64,000 bases of DNA from Mustelus asterias (GCF_964213995.1 NC_135808.1:31124001-31188000), one strand, 5' to 3'; counted from the first letter of the stretch, positions 37,101 to 48,365 are shown. Translations and numbers: made by a program. The notes: generated by a model not told the origin, from the sequence alone.

Positions 37101-39742
37101 AACATGTAGATTCCAAACAGACAGTGACCCAAGCTGGGAATCGAACCCCGGGTCCTTGGCACTGTGAGGCAGCAGGGCTAACCACTGGGCCACCACACTG
37201 CCTCTAATAGCAGAGAATAGTTTTGATTCACCAACCTCTGGGTTATGGGCCCAGCATGCTTCCGCTGCACCACTCTGCTATATGCTAATGTTCAATGTGA
37301 GGATATGTTGCATCTCTCTCTCTCAACCTTTCTGCACATACATATGTCAGACTTTCATTTGTTTCTGTAACTAATTATTCCTAGAACAGCTCACTAATCT
37401 GTCACCGGGGGCTTATAATTTGAGGGGCATTACACCACATCAAGCAGAGTCACACTCATTCACCCTCTCACACAGACAAACTAAGGGGTAATCTACAAGG
37501 GGAGCAGATGGCTCAGTGGTATTATCGCTAGATTGTTAATCCAGAAACTCAGCTAATACTTGACCTTGGTTTGAATCGCGCCACAGCAGCTGGTGGAATT
37601 TGATTTCAATAAAAAATATCTGGAATTAAGAATTCACTGATGGCCATGAAACCATTGTCGATTGTCCAAAAAACCCATCTGGTTCACTAATGTCTTTGAG
37701 GGAAAGAAATCTGCCGCCATTACCCGGTCTGGCCTACATGTGACTCCAGAGCCGCAGCAATGTGGTTGACTCTCTGTTGCCCTCGGGCAACTACGGATGG
37801 GCAATAAATGCTGGCTAGCCAGCGACACCCATGTCCCATGAATGAATAATTTTAAAAATTACAAAGGCCATTCCTCCTCACTTATACATGTTGGGACACT
37901 AAGGGTGGGCGGCACGGTAGCACAGTGGTTAGCACTGCTGCTTCACAGCTCCAGGGTCCCGGGTTCGATTCCCGGCTCGGGTCACTGTCTGTGTGGAGTT
38001 TGCACATTCTCCTCATGTCTGCGTGGGTTTCCTCCGGGTGCTCTGCTCCCACAGTCCAAAGATGTGTGGGTTAGGTTGATTGGCCAGGTTAAAAAAATTG
38101 CCCCTTAGAGTCCTGGGATGCGTAGGTTAGAGGGATTAGCGGGTAAAATATGTGGGGGTAGGGCCTGGGTGGGATTGTGGTCGGTGCAGACTCGACGGGC
38201 CGAATGGCCTCCTTCTGCACTGTAGGGTTTCTATGATTCTATGATTCTATGAATTTAGCATGGCTAATCCATCTAAACTGCACATCTTTGTATCGTGGAG
38301 GAAACCGGAGCACTTGGAGGGAACCCACACAGACACGAGGAGAATGTGCAGACTCCATCCAGGAATCGAACCCGGTCCCTGGTGCTGTGAGGCAGCAGTG
38401 TTAACCACTGTGCCATGAAACTATTGTCAATTGTCATAAAAGCTCACCTGATTCACCTATGTCCTCTACCTGACCGGAGAAAGCTGATCTGGCTTACGTG
38501 TGACTCCAGATCCACAGCAATGTAGTTGACTCTTCAAATGGTCTCTGCCCTCTGAAATGCACTGGGTTCAAGGGTGATTAGGGATGGGCAATGAATGCTG
38601 GCCCATTCAGGAGAGCAAGGAAGGGGTATTCAGGAAAAAAAAATCCTGCTGTAATTTTCTTGTGTTTGAAATCCACAACCTGCACAAAAAAATCCCACCC
38701 CTGGGCTAAGTTCCCTTTATGTTCCTCAGCCCAGTTGATGTTTAATGTCCAGGAGGCAAAGCCAAAACCTGATTCATTACATGAGAGAGGAAAAAGAAAA
38801 CTAAATCAAACATCCACCCAGAGAAGGGCCCCGGTATTGCTCAAAATCTTTCTCCTTGCCTTTCCACCTTTGCATTAAATTTTCACTTCCATTGCCTTTC
38901 CATTCTCGTTCCTTCCTTTCAATCCCATTGCCTTTCCCAATCCTCTTCCCCTCCCCTCACCTTCCCTTCTTTTCCCTTTCAAGTTACAGTTCCAAGACAT
39001 CCCATCTCAATGGGAAATTCACCGAAGCCCCTCAGACAGCACCTTCCAACCATGACCACTTCCATCTCAGAGGACAAGGGAACACCACCTCCTGCAAGTT
39101 CCCCTCCAAGCCACTCATGATCCTGACTTGGAAATATATCATCGTTCCTTTGCAGTCGCTGGGTCAAAATCCTGGAAATCCCTCCCTAACGGCATTGTGG
39201 ATCAACGCACAGCACAGGGACTGCAGCGTTTGAAGAAGGCAGCTCACCACCACCTTCTCAAGGGCAATTAGGGATAGGCAGTAAATGTTGGCTAGCCAGC
39301 GATGCCCATATCCCACAATTGAATTTTTAAAAATGATCATATTATGTTTGTGCGTTTAAATAATAGCAGCCAACCCATGAAATAACATCCCCAGTCAAAA
39401 ACACTGCAGACAAATCATCAACACAACTCATCACAGTAGCCCTCTCCTGCAGGAATCATCCTATCCTGTGGCTCTGTCAATCCTGGGAAGGGTCCCGGCA
39501 GAAGTGCTGGGTTCCAATGACTGGCGACTAAGGACTTATAACAACGGTTTATTCAGCATTCTGAGCAGCTCTTGGCTGCTCCCACTCTGCCCGTTTTCCG
39601 GAGAGAACGCACACGCTTCTGCCATATGAGCCTTTAAATCACATGAGCACTCGGTCTACAGACCCTCCAAATACTGTTTGAATGGCTTACCGGAGGAGAC
39701 TATAGAAACACAGCAGACATTCAGTAAAGTAACAAGCAGCAT
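21951..39742 (-). CDS. Non-classical MHC class I alpha chain gene, 5 coding exons, 352 aa predicted
   Basis: Exons 39742-39691 (52 nt), 30387-30127 (261), 28824-28549 (276), 25507-25235 (273) and 22147-21951 (197) total 1059 nt. All introns are GT-AG and phase 1, and the spliced frame has no internal stop. Confidence 0.9.
23886..25221. mobile_element. PLE inverted pair (GIY-YIG end plus terminal repeats) in MHC intron 4
   Basis: About 650-bp near-perfect arms centred at 24567-24572. TSD ACTTGTAACTTAC at 23873-23885 and 25222-25234. Hammerheads at ~23979-24017 (-) and ~25129-25167 (+). Confidence 0.92.
25235..25507 (-). CDS. MHC class I exon 4, alpha3 Ig-C1 domain
   Basis: PEV...LSCLVTAFYPWPIDVTWLKNG...LPNQDETY...YSCRIEHASL...W. 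Acceptor TTTCTCAG| and donor G|GTAAGT. Confidence 0.95.
26061..26516 (-). mobile_element. CR1 3' fragment with (TTCTTTG)n tail and a fold-back at the 5' truncation
   Basis: LGLFSLERRRMRGDLIEVYKIM...FTQRVVGAWNALP. Inverted repeat at 26422-26516. Confidence 0.88.
27684..28172 (+). mobile_element. Solo LTR (489 bp) inserted in a V-SINE within MHC intron 3
   Basis: TG...CA termini (TGAGGGATCC / GGACCCAACA), perfect 5-bp TSD GTCAC at 27679-27683 and 28173-28177, AATAAA at ~28098. The SINE resumes exactly after the TSD. Confidence 0.8.
28549..28824 (-). CDS. MHC class I exon 3, alpha2 domain
   Basis: GIFFVQGMCGCE...GYDGED...W...DCVKWLLIYLEYGRGVLQRR. Canonical 276-nt size. Acceptor TTTCCAG| and donor G|GTATGG. 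Confidence 0.94.
30127..30387 (-). CDS. MHC class I exon 2, alpha1 domain
   Basis: DFHILAFYYLLNLGQAELPEYSLVAMLDDYQIVYFDSTLERIVPRQQWM...W. Acceptor CCCGCAG| and donor G|GTAAGT. Confidence 0.92.
31767..33970 (-). mobile_element. PLE with frameshifted RT and GIY-YIG and an inverted terminal repeat, in MHC intron 1
   Basis: ORF fragments 33018-33446, 32397-32732 and 32101-32349 match the PLE at 17331. Plus-strand terminal repeat at ~33670-33970. Hammerheads at ~31856-31892 (-) and ~33917-33953 (+). Confidence 0.9.
34468..35285 (-). mobile_element. CR1 3' fragment
   Basis: WQMEFNPDKCEVMHFG...LVRPHLEYCVQFWSP; (AAAGAAC)n tail. Further CR1 fragments at about 29760-30070, 30710-31000, 35340-36330, 47400-47740, 50110-50930 and 55745-56560. 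Confidence 0.9.
39691..39742 (-). CDS. MHC class I exon 1, leader peptide MLLVTLLNVCCVSIVSS
   Basis: ACAACATG start, hydrophobic 17 codons plus 1 nt, donor G|GTAAGC. Joins the alpha1 exon as G+AT (Asp). Not in the ORF track because it is short. Confidence 0.8.
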
Positions 39743-39840
39743 GTTGTACAGAGCACAGGACACTGATTAACCAGAAGAGAAGCTGTTGTAACAGTAATGT
39801 AATCTCCTCTGCGCCTGAGCACTACACTAGAGCGAAGCTA

Positions 39841-39913
39841 CTTATCATGTGTAGCAGATCTGATAACCAGATCCAGTGAAACCGAATGGATGGTTCTGGT
39901 CACTGGTTTATCA
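39841..39913 (-). promoter_or_regulatory. MHC class I proximal promoter: ISRE-like site and three GATA motifs
   Basis: GAAACCGAAT at 39878-39887 (one mismatch to GAAANNGAAA). WGATAA sites at 39842-39847, 39861-39866 and 39908-39913, 100-170 bp upstream of the ATG. Confidence 0.45.
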
Positions 39914-40261
39914 GGGAGCGGGGAGTCTGTCATCTGTCTTTTACCGCAGAGCACACACATTAAAATCCTATTCAAAGTTGCAATGAGGGACACGCAGCAG
40001 CTATTTTGTGCACAGCAAGCTCCCACAAAGAGCAACATGATCAGGTGAGGGATAAATATTGGTGAAACAGTGAAGACAACTACACTGTTTTTCTTCAATA
40101 GTGCGATGGGAGCTTTGACAGAGGGGCAGATGTAATCTTGGTGTAACAATCTCACTGAAAATACAGCACCTCCGACAGTGCAGCACTCCCTCAGTACTTC
40201 CTCTCCACCAATGCAGTGTTTCTCTGCATTGGCCATCCAACATTGCAGCTGTCCCTCAGTA

Positions 40262-43058
40262 TTTTTTTAAATTCATTCATGGGACATGGGCGTCGCTGCT
40301 GGGCCAGCATTTATTGCCCACCCCTAGTTGCCCTTGAGAAGGTGGGGGTGAGCTGCCTTTTTGAATCGCTGCAGTCCATGTTCTGTGGGTTGACCCACAA
40401 TGCCGTTAGTGAGGGAATTTCAGGATTTTGATCCAGCGATTGCGAAGGAACGGCGCTATATTTCCAAGTCAGGATGGTGAGTGGCTTGGAGGGGAACTTG
40501 CAGTTGGTGGTGTTCCCATTTATCTGTTGCCCTTGTCCTTCTCAATGGAAGTGGTCGTGGATTTGGAAGGTGCTGTCTCAGGATCTTTGGTGAATTGCTG
40601 CAGTGCATCTTGTAAATAGCACACACTGCTGCTACTGAGCGTCGGTGGTGGAGGGATTGAATGTTTGTCGATGTGGTGCCAATCAAGCGGGCTGCTTTGT
40701 CCTGGACAGTGTCAAGTTTCTTGAGTGTTGTTGGAGCTGCACCCATCCAGGCAAGTGGGGAGTATTCCATCACACTCCTGACTTGTGCCTAGTAGATGGT
40801 GGATAGGCTCTGGGGAGTCAGGAGGTGAGTTACTCGCCGTAGTATTCCTAGCCTCTGACCTGTCTTGTAGCCACTGTGTTTATGTGGCGAGTCCAGTTGA
40901 GCTTCTGGTCAACGGTAACCCCAAGGATGTTGACAGTGGAGGATTCAGTGATGGTAACACCATTGAATGTCAAGGGGTGGTGGTTAGAGTGTCTCTTATT
41001 GTTGATGGTCATTGCCTAGCATTTGCGTGGTTCGAATGCTACTTGCCACTTGTCAGCCCAAGCCTGGATATTGTCCAGATCTTGTTGCATTTGAACATGA
41101 ACTGCTTCAGTATCTGAGGAGTCACGAATGGTGCTGAACATTGTGCAATCATTGGCAAACATCCCTACTTCTGACCTTATGACGGAGGGAGGGTCATTGA
41201 TGAAGCAGTTGAAGATTGTTGGGCTTAGGACACTACCCTGAGGGACTCCTGCAGAGATGTCCTGGAGCTGAGATAACTGACCCTCCACAACCACAACCAC
41301 CAGCCTTGATGTCAAGCGCTGTCACTTTCATCTCACCTCTGGAATTCAGCTCTTTTGTCCATGTTTGAACCAAGGCTGTAATGAGGTCAGGAGCTGAGGG
41401 ACCCTGGCGAAACCCAAACTGGGCGTCACTGAGCAGGTTATTGCTGAGCAGGTGCTGCTTGATAGCACTGTCAATGACCCCTTCCATCACTTTGCTGATG
41501 ATTGAGAGTAGACTGGGCAGTAATTGGCTGGGCTGGATTTGTTCTGCATTTTGTGTACAGGACGTACCTGGGCAATTTTCAGCATTGTTGGGTAAATGCC
41601 AGTGTTATAACTGTATTTGAAGAGCCAAATCGAATTGTCTGGAGACTGGCATCTGAGATGCTGGGGACCACTGGAGGAGGGCGAGATGGATCATCCACTC
41701 GGCACTTCAGGCTGAAGATTGCTGCGAGTGCTTCAGACTTAACTTTTGCACTGATGTGCTGGGCTCCTCCATCATTGAGGATGGGGATATTTGTGGAGCC
41801 TCCTCCTCCAGTGAGTTGTTTATTGTCCACCACCATTCCCGACTGGATGTGGAAGGACTGCAGAACTTAGATTTGATCCACTGGTTGTGGGCTCACTTAG
41901 CTCTGTCTATCACTTGCTGTTTTTGCCATTTGGCGTGCAAGTTGTCCTGTTTGGTAGCTTCACCAGGTTAACATTTCATTTTTAGGTATGCCTGGTGCTG
42001 CTCCTGGCATGCCCTCCTAAATTCTCCATTGAACCAGGGTTGATCCCCTGGCTTGATGGTCATAGTTGAGTCGGGGATATGCCGGGCCATGAGGTTGCAG
42101 ATTGTGGAGTACAATTCTGCTGCTGTTGATGGCCCACAGAGTCTCATGGATGCCCAGTCTTGAGTTGTTGGATCAGTTCAAAGTCTGTCCCATTTAGCAC
42201 AGTGATAGTGCCACACAACACGATGGAGGTTATTCTCACTGTGAAGGCGGGACTTCGTCTCCACAAGCACTGTGCGGTGGTCACTCTTACCAATACTGTC
42301 ATGGACAGATCCATCTGCAGCCAGCAGTTTGGTAAGGATGAGGTCAAGTATATTATTTCCTCTTGTTGGTTCCTTCACCACCTGCTGCAGACCCAGTCTC
42401 GCAGTGATATCCTTTAGGACCTGACCAGCTCGATCAGTAGTGCTGTTGCTGAGCCACTCTTGATGGTGGACATTGAAATCTCCCACCCAGAGTACATTTT
42501 GCGCCCCTGCCACCCTCAGTGCTTCCTCCATGTGTTGTTCGACATGGAGGAGTACTGATTCATCAGCCGAAGGTGGACGGTACGTGGTAACCAGTAAGAG
42601 GTTTCCTTGCCCATGTTTCACCTGAAACCATGAGACTTCATGGGGTCCAGAGTCGATGTTAAGGATTCCCAGGGCAACTCCCTCCCAACTGTGCCGCCAC
42701 CTCTGCTGGGTCTGCCTACAGGTGAAACAGGACGTATCCAGGGACGGTAATGGTGGTGTCTGGGGTGTTATCTGTAAGGTATGATTCTGTGAGAATGACT
42801 GTGTCAGGCTGTTGCTTGACTAGTCTGTGAGACAGTTCTCCCAATTTTGGCACTAGCCTCCAGATGTTACTGAGGAGAACTTTACAGGGTCGACGGGGCT
42901 GTTTGTTTTGCTGTTGTCTTTTCCGGTGCCTAGGTCAATGCCAGGTGGTCCGTCCTGTTTCATTTCTTAGTTGAGGCTGTGTCGCGATTGTTACAACTGA
43001 GTGGTTTGCTAGGCCATTTCAGAGGATAGTTAAGAGTCAACCACATTGCTGTGGCTCT
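40262..43058 (-). mobile_element. Degenerate long LINE of the CR1/L2 group (APE + RT)
   Basis: TTYRPPS...WVGDFNVHH...LDLILT...SDH (APE), QFGFR, GVPQGSVLSP, MEYSPLAW...HRRSVAA. 3' fragments of the same family at about 1400-2175, 39010-39330, 56690-57425 and 62380-62710. Confidence 0.85.
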
Positions 43059-43189
43059 CCACTTCTCTCCACCAAGCAGCGTTTCCCTGTGCTGGCCATC
43101 CAACAGTGCAGCGCTCCCTCAGTATTTCCTCTCCACCAATAGAGTGTTTATCTGTGCTGGACATCAGTGAGGGCAATGCTCCTGAGTGT

Positions 43190-43908
43190 CTTGTCAAAAC
43201 TTATCCCTCAATCAACATCAGCTGGTCATGTTGCTCTTCGTAGGAGCTTGCCTTGCACAACATGGCTGCCACGTGTTCCTCATTCCAACGTTTAAAGGAA
43301 TGTTCAATAAACTGCGGCAAAAGGCAGATGGCAGATTCCCCTTCCTTGCTAAACTAGTGACCAGAACCATCCATTCAGTCTCACTGGATCCGGTTATCTG
43401 GCCTGCTGCACGTGATAAGCTGCTTCTCTCCAGTGTTGTGCTCAGACGCAGAGGAGATTACATTATACATTAAGGGCGGCACGGTAGCACAGTGGTTAGC
43501 ACTGCTGCTTCACAGCTCCAGGGGCCTGTCTGTGTGGAGTTTGCACATTCTCCTCGTGTCTGCGTGGGTTTCCTCCGGGTGCTCCGGTTTCCTCCCACAG
43601 TCCAAAGATGTGCAGGTTAGGTTGATTGGCCATGCTAAAATCCCAGTGTCCTGGGATGCGTAGATTAGAGGGATTAGTGGGTAAAATATGTAGGGATATG
43701 GGGGTAGGGCCTGGGTGGAATTGTGGTCGGTGCAGACTCGATGGGCCGAATGGCCTCTTTCTGTACTGTAGGGTTTCTATGATTTCTATGATTACTGTTA
43801 CAATAGCTTCCTCCTGGTTAATGCGCTGTCCTGTGTTACAACATGCTGCTTGTTACTTTAATGAACATTTACTGTGTGTCCTCAGTCTCACCTTATATCT
43901 GTGGATAG
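43190..43908 (+). pseudogene. Inverted duplicate of the MHC class I promoter and leader exon (orphan exon 1), with a SINE inserted at 43473-43790
   Basis: Aligns to the reverse complement of ~39691-40090. ATG at 43843 reads MLLVTLMNIYCVSSVSP-YICG-stop. The donor position reads AT instead of GT. Confidence 0.82.
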
Positions 43909-44727
43909 TATCGGATTGACAATGTCACAAGACAGTGTTGAGAGTTCTCTGGCCAGGAGTATTTCATTACCCCTCGGTGTGTGATTCAGAATAGATGGTA
44001 CCTGTCCCAGGAAAAGGTCACTGTGAGAATTGACCCAACAATACAGTGCATCCTCTGCACTGTCCAACAGTGGAATGATCCAGGTGGCATGATGGCACGG
44101 TGGCACAATGGTTGGCACTGCTGCCTCACAGTACCAGGGACCCGGGTTTGATTCCCGGCTTGGGTCACTCTCGGTGTGGAGTCTGCACATTCTCCCCGTG
44201 TCTGCATGGGTTTCCTCTGGGTGCTCCAGTTAGAAAGACGTGCAGGTTAGATGCATTGGCCATCCTAAATTCTCATTCAGTGTACCCAGCACCGGAGTGT
44301 GGCGACTAGGGGATTTTCACAGTAACTTCATTGCAGTGTTAATGTAAGCCTACTTGTGACACTAATAAATAAACTTTAAACTTTAAATGATCCCTCAGAA
44401 TACTGGTGCTATCATTGGACTGGTAGGCCAGAGAGTCAAGCTAATGTTCTGGGGCAAGGATTCGAATCCCACGACAGCAGCTCATGGAATTTAAATTCTA
44501 TTGATAATATCGGGAATTGCAAAGGTAGTCCCAATTAAGCCAATGTGATGCGAGAAAGACTTTATCACACAGTGGGTGGTTGAGGTCTGGAATGCACTGC
44601 CTGGAAATGTGATGGAGGCAGATTCAATTGAGGCATTCAAGAGGACATTAGATGATTATTTGAATAGAAACAATGTGTACAGGGAAAAGGTAGGGGAATG
44701 GCATTCTTTGATTCTGTGAAATAAAAT

Positions 44728-44988
44728 TCTGACATTACAACACTCCCTCAGTACTGAGCCTCTGACAGTGCAGCACTCCCTCAGCACTGACCCTCTGACA
44801 GTGCAGCACTCCCTCAGTACTGACCCTCTGAAAGTGCAGCACTCCCTCAGTACTGACCCTCTGACAGTGCAGCACTCCCTCAGTACTGACCCTCTGACAG
44901 TGCAGCACTCCCTCAGTACTGACCCTCTGACAGTGCAGCACTCCCTCAGTACTGACCCACTGACAGTGCAGCACTCCCTCAGTATTGA
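44728..44988. repeat. 33-bp minisatellite, ~8 copies
   Basis: (CTGACCCTCTGACAGTGCAGCACTCCCTCAGTA)n. Confidence 0.93.
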
Positions 44989-45009
44989 CCAATCAACAGT
45001 CTTGTGCAA

Positions 45010-45810
45010 TGTTTGAGGGTATATGTGTGAGTTCAGTGTGTACGAGTTTGAGGGTATAAGTTTGGAGGTTGGTGTGTACATGTTTGCGGGTATATGTGTG
45101 GAATTTGGTGTGTACGAGTTTGAAGGTAAATGTGTGGAGTTCAATGTGTATGAGTTTAAGGGTATATGTGGGCGGCAGGGTGGCATAGTGGTTAGCACTG
45201 CTACCTCACAGTGCCAGTGACCCGGGTTTGATTCCCAGCTTGGGTCACTGTCTGTGCGGAGTCTGCACGTTTCACTTGTCTGCGTGAGTATCCTCCGGGT
45301 GCTCCGGTTTCCTCCCACAGTCCAAAACACAAGCAGGTTAGGTGCATCGGCCATGCTAAATTCTCCCTCAGTGTACCCGAACAGGTGCCAGAGTGTGGCG
45401 ACTGGGGGATTTTCACAGTAACTTCATTGCAGTATTAATGTAAGCCGACTTGTGACTAATAAATAAACTTTTATGTCGGAGTTTAGTGTGTACAGATTTG
45501 AAGGTACATGTGTGGGATTCAGTGTGCAAAAGTTTGAGGGTATATGTGTGTGGTTCAGTGTATAAAAGCTGGAGGGTATATGTGCGGAGTTCAGTGTTTG
45601 TGGGTTTGAGGGTATATGTGTGGTGTTCTGTATGTATGAGTTTGAGTGTATATTTTTGGGGTTGTGTGTACCAGTTTGGGGGTCTATGTGTGGGGTTCAC
45701 TGTGTACCAGTTTATGGGTATATGTTTGCGGTTTGTTATGTACATGTTTGAGGGTATATTTGTGGATTTAATTATGTACAGTTGGAGAGTATATTTGTGG
45801 TGTTCTGAGT
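45010..45810. repeat. Degenerate ~36-bp GT-rich minisatellite split by a SINE (45170-45472)
   Basis: Recurrent GTTTGAGGGTATATGTGTGGAGTTCAGTGTGTAC. Confidence 0.8.
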
Positions 45811-47884
45811 TCTGTGGCGAAAGTGGTGGGAATGTTGGAGGCAACTGGTCTCAACAAGACTATCAATCCCACAGCTCAGTAACTACAAACTTTTTTTTAT
45901 CTTTCAAATTATTGTGGATGTTTATTACAGTTTTCATTCTATTTCAAAGTGATGTTGATTGGAGCGTTATGTGATGTAACTTGCTACTTCTCAGCAAACC
46001 AAATATATATGAAAACTCTGGTGAATGAGACTTGTCAGATTTAACGCTTGTCCCCTCACGCTGCTGTGTGCTGGGCATGTAGAAAGCATTGCTCAGATCT
46101 GGAGTACAGGATTCAGTTTTGGGCTCTGCAACTCAGGAGGGGTATATTTACTCTGGAAGAGGTGTTGTGCAGAGTTACTGCAATATTTCTGTGAAACCTG
46201 CTTAACTGCATCCCCACAGGTCAATGCCACAAATTGTGACGAAATGGAAATTAACAGAAATGATGGTGAAGATCTTTCTTTGTCTGAATTTCTTACAGTA
46301 CCTTACTTCAGAGTGAATACAGTATCCCTCACCAACTGAACAGAAATACTCACCTCCCCGGAGTATTTACACCACAAAGAACTGTGATTGTTTGTTGCAG
46401 ATCAAAAGTTATCGACTCTTCACTCTATACACTTGATAGAAGTCAATGAGGTTACACTGAGGCTTCATTTGAAGCAATTTTTTGAAACGGCATCTAGGTC
46501 TTTTGGCGAAGGTGCAAGTGAAATCAAGCACTGGAGGGGGTGCAATGCCTGCTCCTATCAGCTTGGTTAATGTCGATCAAGCCCAAGACAGGAAGAGGCT
46601 TGCCTGTCTTGTCAGCTTGGATCTGTCATGTCTCACTGGTTGAGACTTTGCATTGGACTCTGATTGGATTTGATTGGATATAACTAAAAAAAAATCTGAC
46701 CCAGTGCTTTAACTTCTGCCAGTGTTTCACTAGCCTTTGACTGAATAAACCCACACTGAGAGCACAGTGCAGAATCTACCCCTCTACCTTCAGCAATCTC
46801 CAGGCTTGACCCCTCTCCAATTGCATCCTTTGCGGCCTCTGTTTCTGATGCGTGTATTGGTCACCTCTCTGTACTTTTCATGTATGTGAGGCCAGCTTTG
46901 CAGCACAACAGAGTGCCCTGGAAACCTGAGGGTACTCAAAATCAGAGCTAAGGACAGAGGCCAGGATTTTCAGGATGCTGAGGTTTCCTGTGATAACCCC
47001 TAGGACTGGGGAAATCACTGGTTGGCCTCCATGTAGGACCAGTTGAATACGAGCTCTCTGGGGATTGGTAATTAACTCACCAGATTGAGCTTATATACCG
47101 AGGCCTGCATAAGGCAGGCTCTTGAGTGGATCCATTGCCTTTGAGTCCCAGTTGGGACCTGTTTGTGTTCAACACAGGCTTGTGGTTTTGCTTTACTTTA
47201 TTTTACAAAAAAGTACTGTTCCTTTACATCTGACTCCCAGAGTTATTTTATTTCCCTTTGCGCCACTTTGACAGTTGGTGGGGCACGCAACCCTCCCCAT
47301 ACAGATCACGCTGCAGTCACTTAACACTCCAACAAGCATCCCAGAAATGTTATGGTCATACACCCGACCCCACCTACAAACCTGTCGGCTGGGAAATGTA
47401 AACAATTTGTTGAGAGGCATAGATCGGGTGGACTCTCAGAGGCTTTTTCCCAGGGTGGAAATATCTGCTATGAGAGGACACAGGTTTAAGGTGCTGGGGG
47501 GTAGGTACAGGGGAGATGTTAGGGCTAAGTTTTTCACACAGAGGGTGGTGGGCGAGTGGAATCGGCTGCCGTCAGTGGTGGAGTCGAACTCAATAGGGTC
47601 TTTTAAAAGACTCCTGGATGAGTACATGGAGCTTAATAGGATGGAGGGTTATAGGTAGGTCTAGAAGGTAGGGTTGTGTTCGGCACAACTTGTGGGCCGA
47701 AGGGCCTGTTTGTGCTGTAGTTTTTCTATGTTTCTATGTTTCTCATTTGCCCAGAGAAACTTGGAATACTCAGCGAGCATGTTGCAGAAAGAGTTAACAT
47801 TTTATCAGAACTGGAAGCTGTGGCAGACTTACAGCTTTCAATCAAGTACTTAGAGAATACGTTGGCAGCCGTACTGTACTATGG

Positions 47885-48277
47885 AGACACTGGTCTAGTG
47901 GTAATGTCACTAGGCTAGTAATCCAGAGGCCCAAAAATGCACCAGGGCAAGGGTTCAAATCCCACCAAGGCAACTGGTAGAATTAAAAATTAATTAATAT
48001 CTGGAATTGAAGGCCAGTCTCAGTAATGGTGACCATGAAGCTACCATTGATTGTTGTAAAAACAACTCTGGTTCACTCATGTCCCTTTATGGAAAGAAAT
48101 CTGCTGTCCTCACCCGGTCTGCCCTACCTGTGACTCCAGACCCACAGCAATTGAACTGACTCTTATCTGCCCTCTGAAATGGCCTTCGAAGCCACTCAGT
48201 TCAAGGCCAATTAGGGATGGGCAACAAATGCTTCCCTTGCCACAAATGCCCTCATCCCATGAAAGAATAAATTTAAA
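47885..48277 (+). mobile_element. Second SINE family (tRNA-like head) sharing both body and tail with the 40262-43058 LINE
   Basis: CTAGTGGTAATG...GGTTCAAATCCC head and GGGATGGGCAA...CCCATGAAAGAATAAA tail. Other copies at about 34095-34467, 37500-37856 and 50965-51335. Confidence 0.75.
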
Positions 48278-48365
48278 AAGTACAGAGGCAGCACTGTTTG
48301 ATGGTTTGATATGAAGATCCTGGCTATAAAGATGGCTAAAGCAGACAGCTGCTGCATGAACTGGT

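Noticed and set aside
37906-37980. tRNA-like sequences (GGCACGGTAGCACAGTGGTTAGCAC...GGTTCGATTCCCGG)
   Set aside because: They are SINE heads followed by the V-core and LINE tail, not tRNA genes. The recurring ORFs AQWLALLLHS and SLSVWSLHIL are SINE translations.
21951-39742. Calling the gene classical UAA, MR1 or CD1
   Set aside because: Lost anchor residues argue against classical class I. A lineage name needs a phylogeny that cannot be run here.
44656-45354. 232-aa ORF with RGSVLRECCTV repeats
   Set aside because: Chance open frame through a SINE and 33-bp/36-bp minisatellites.
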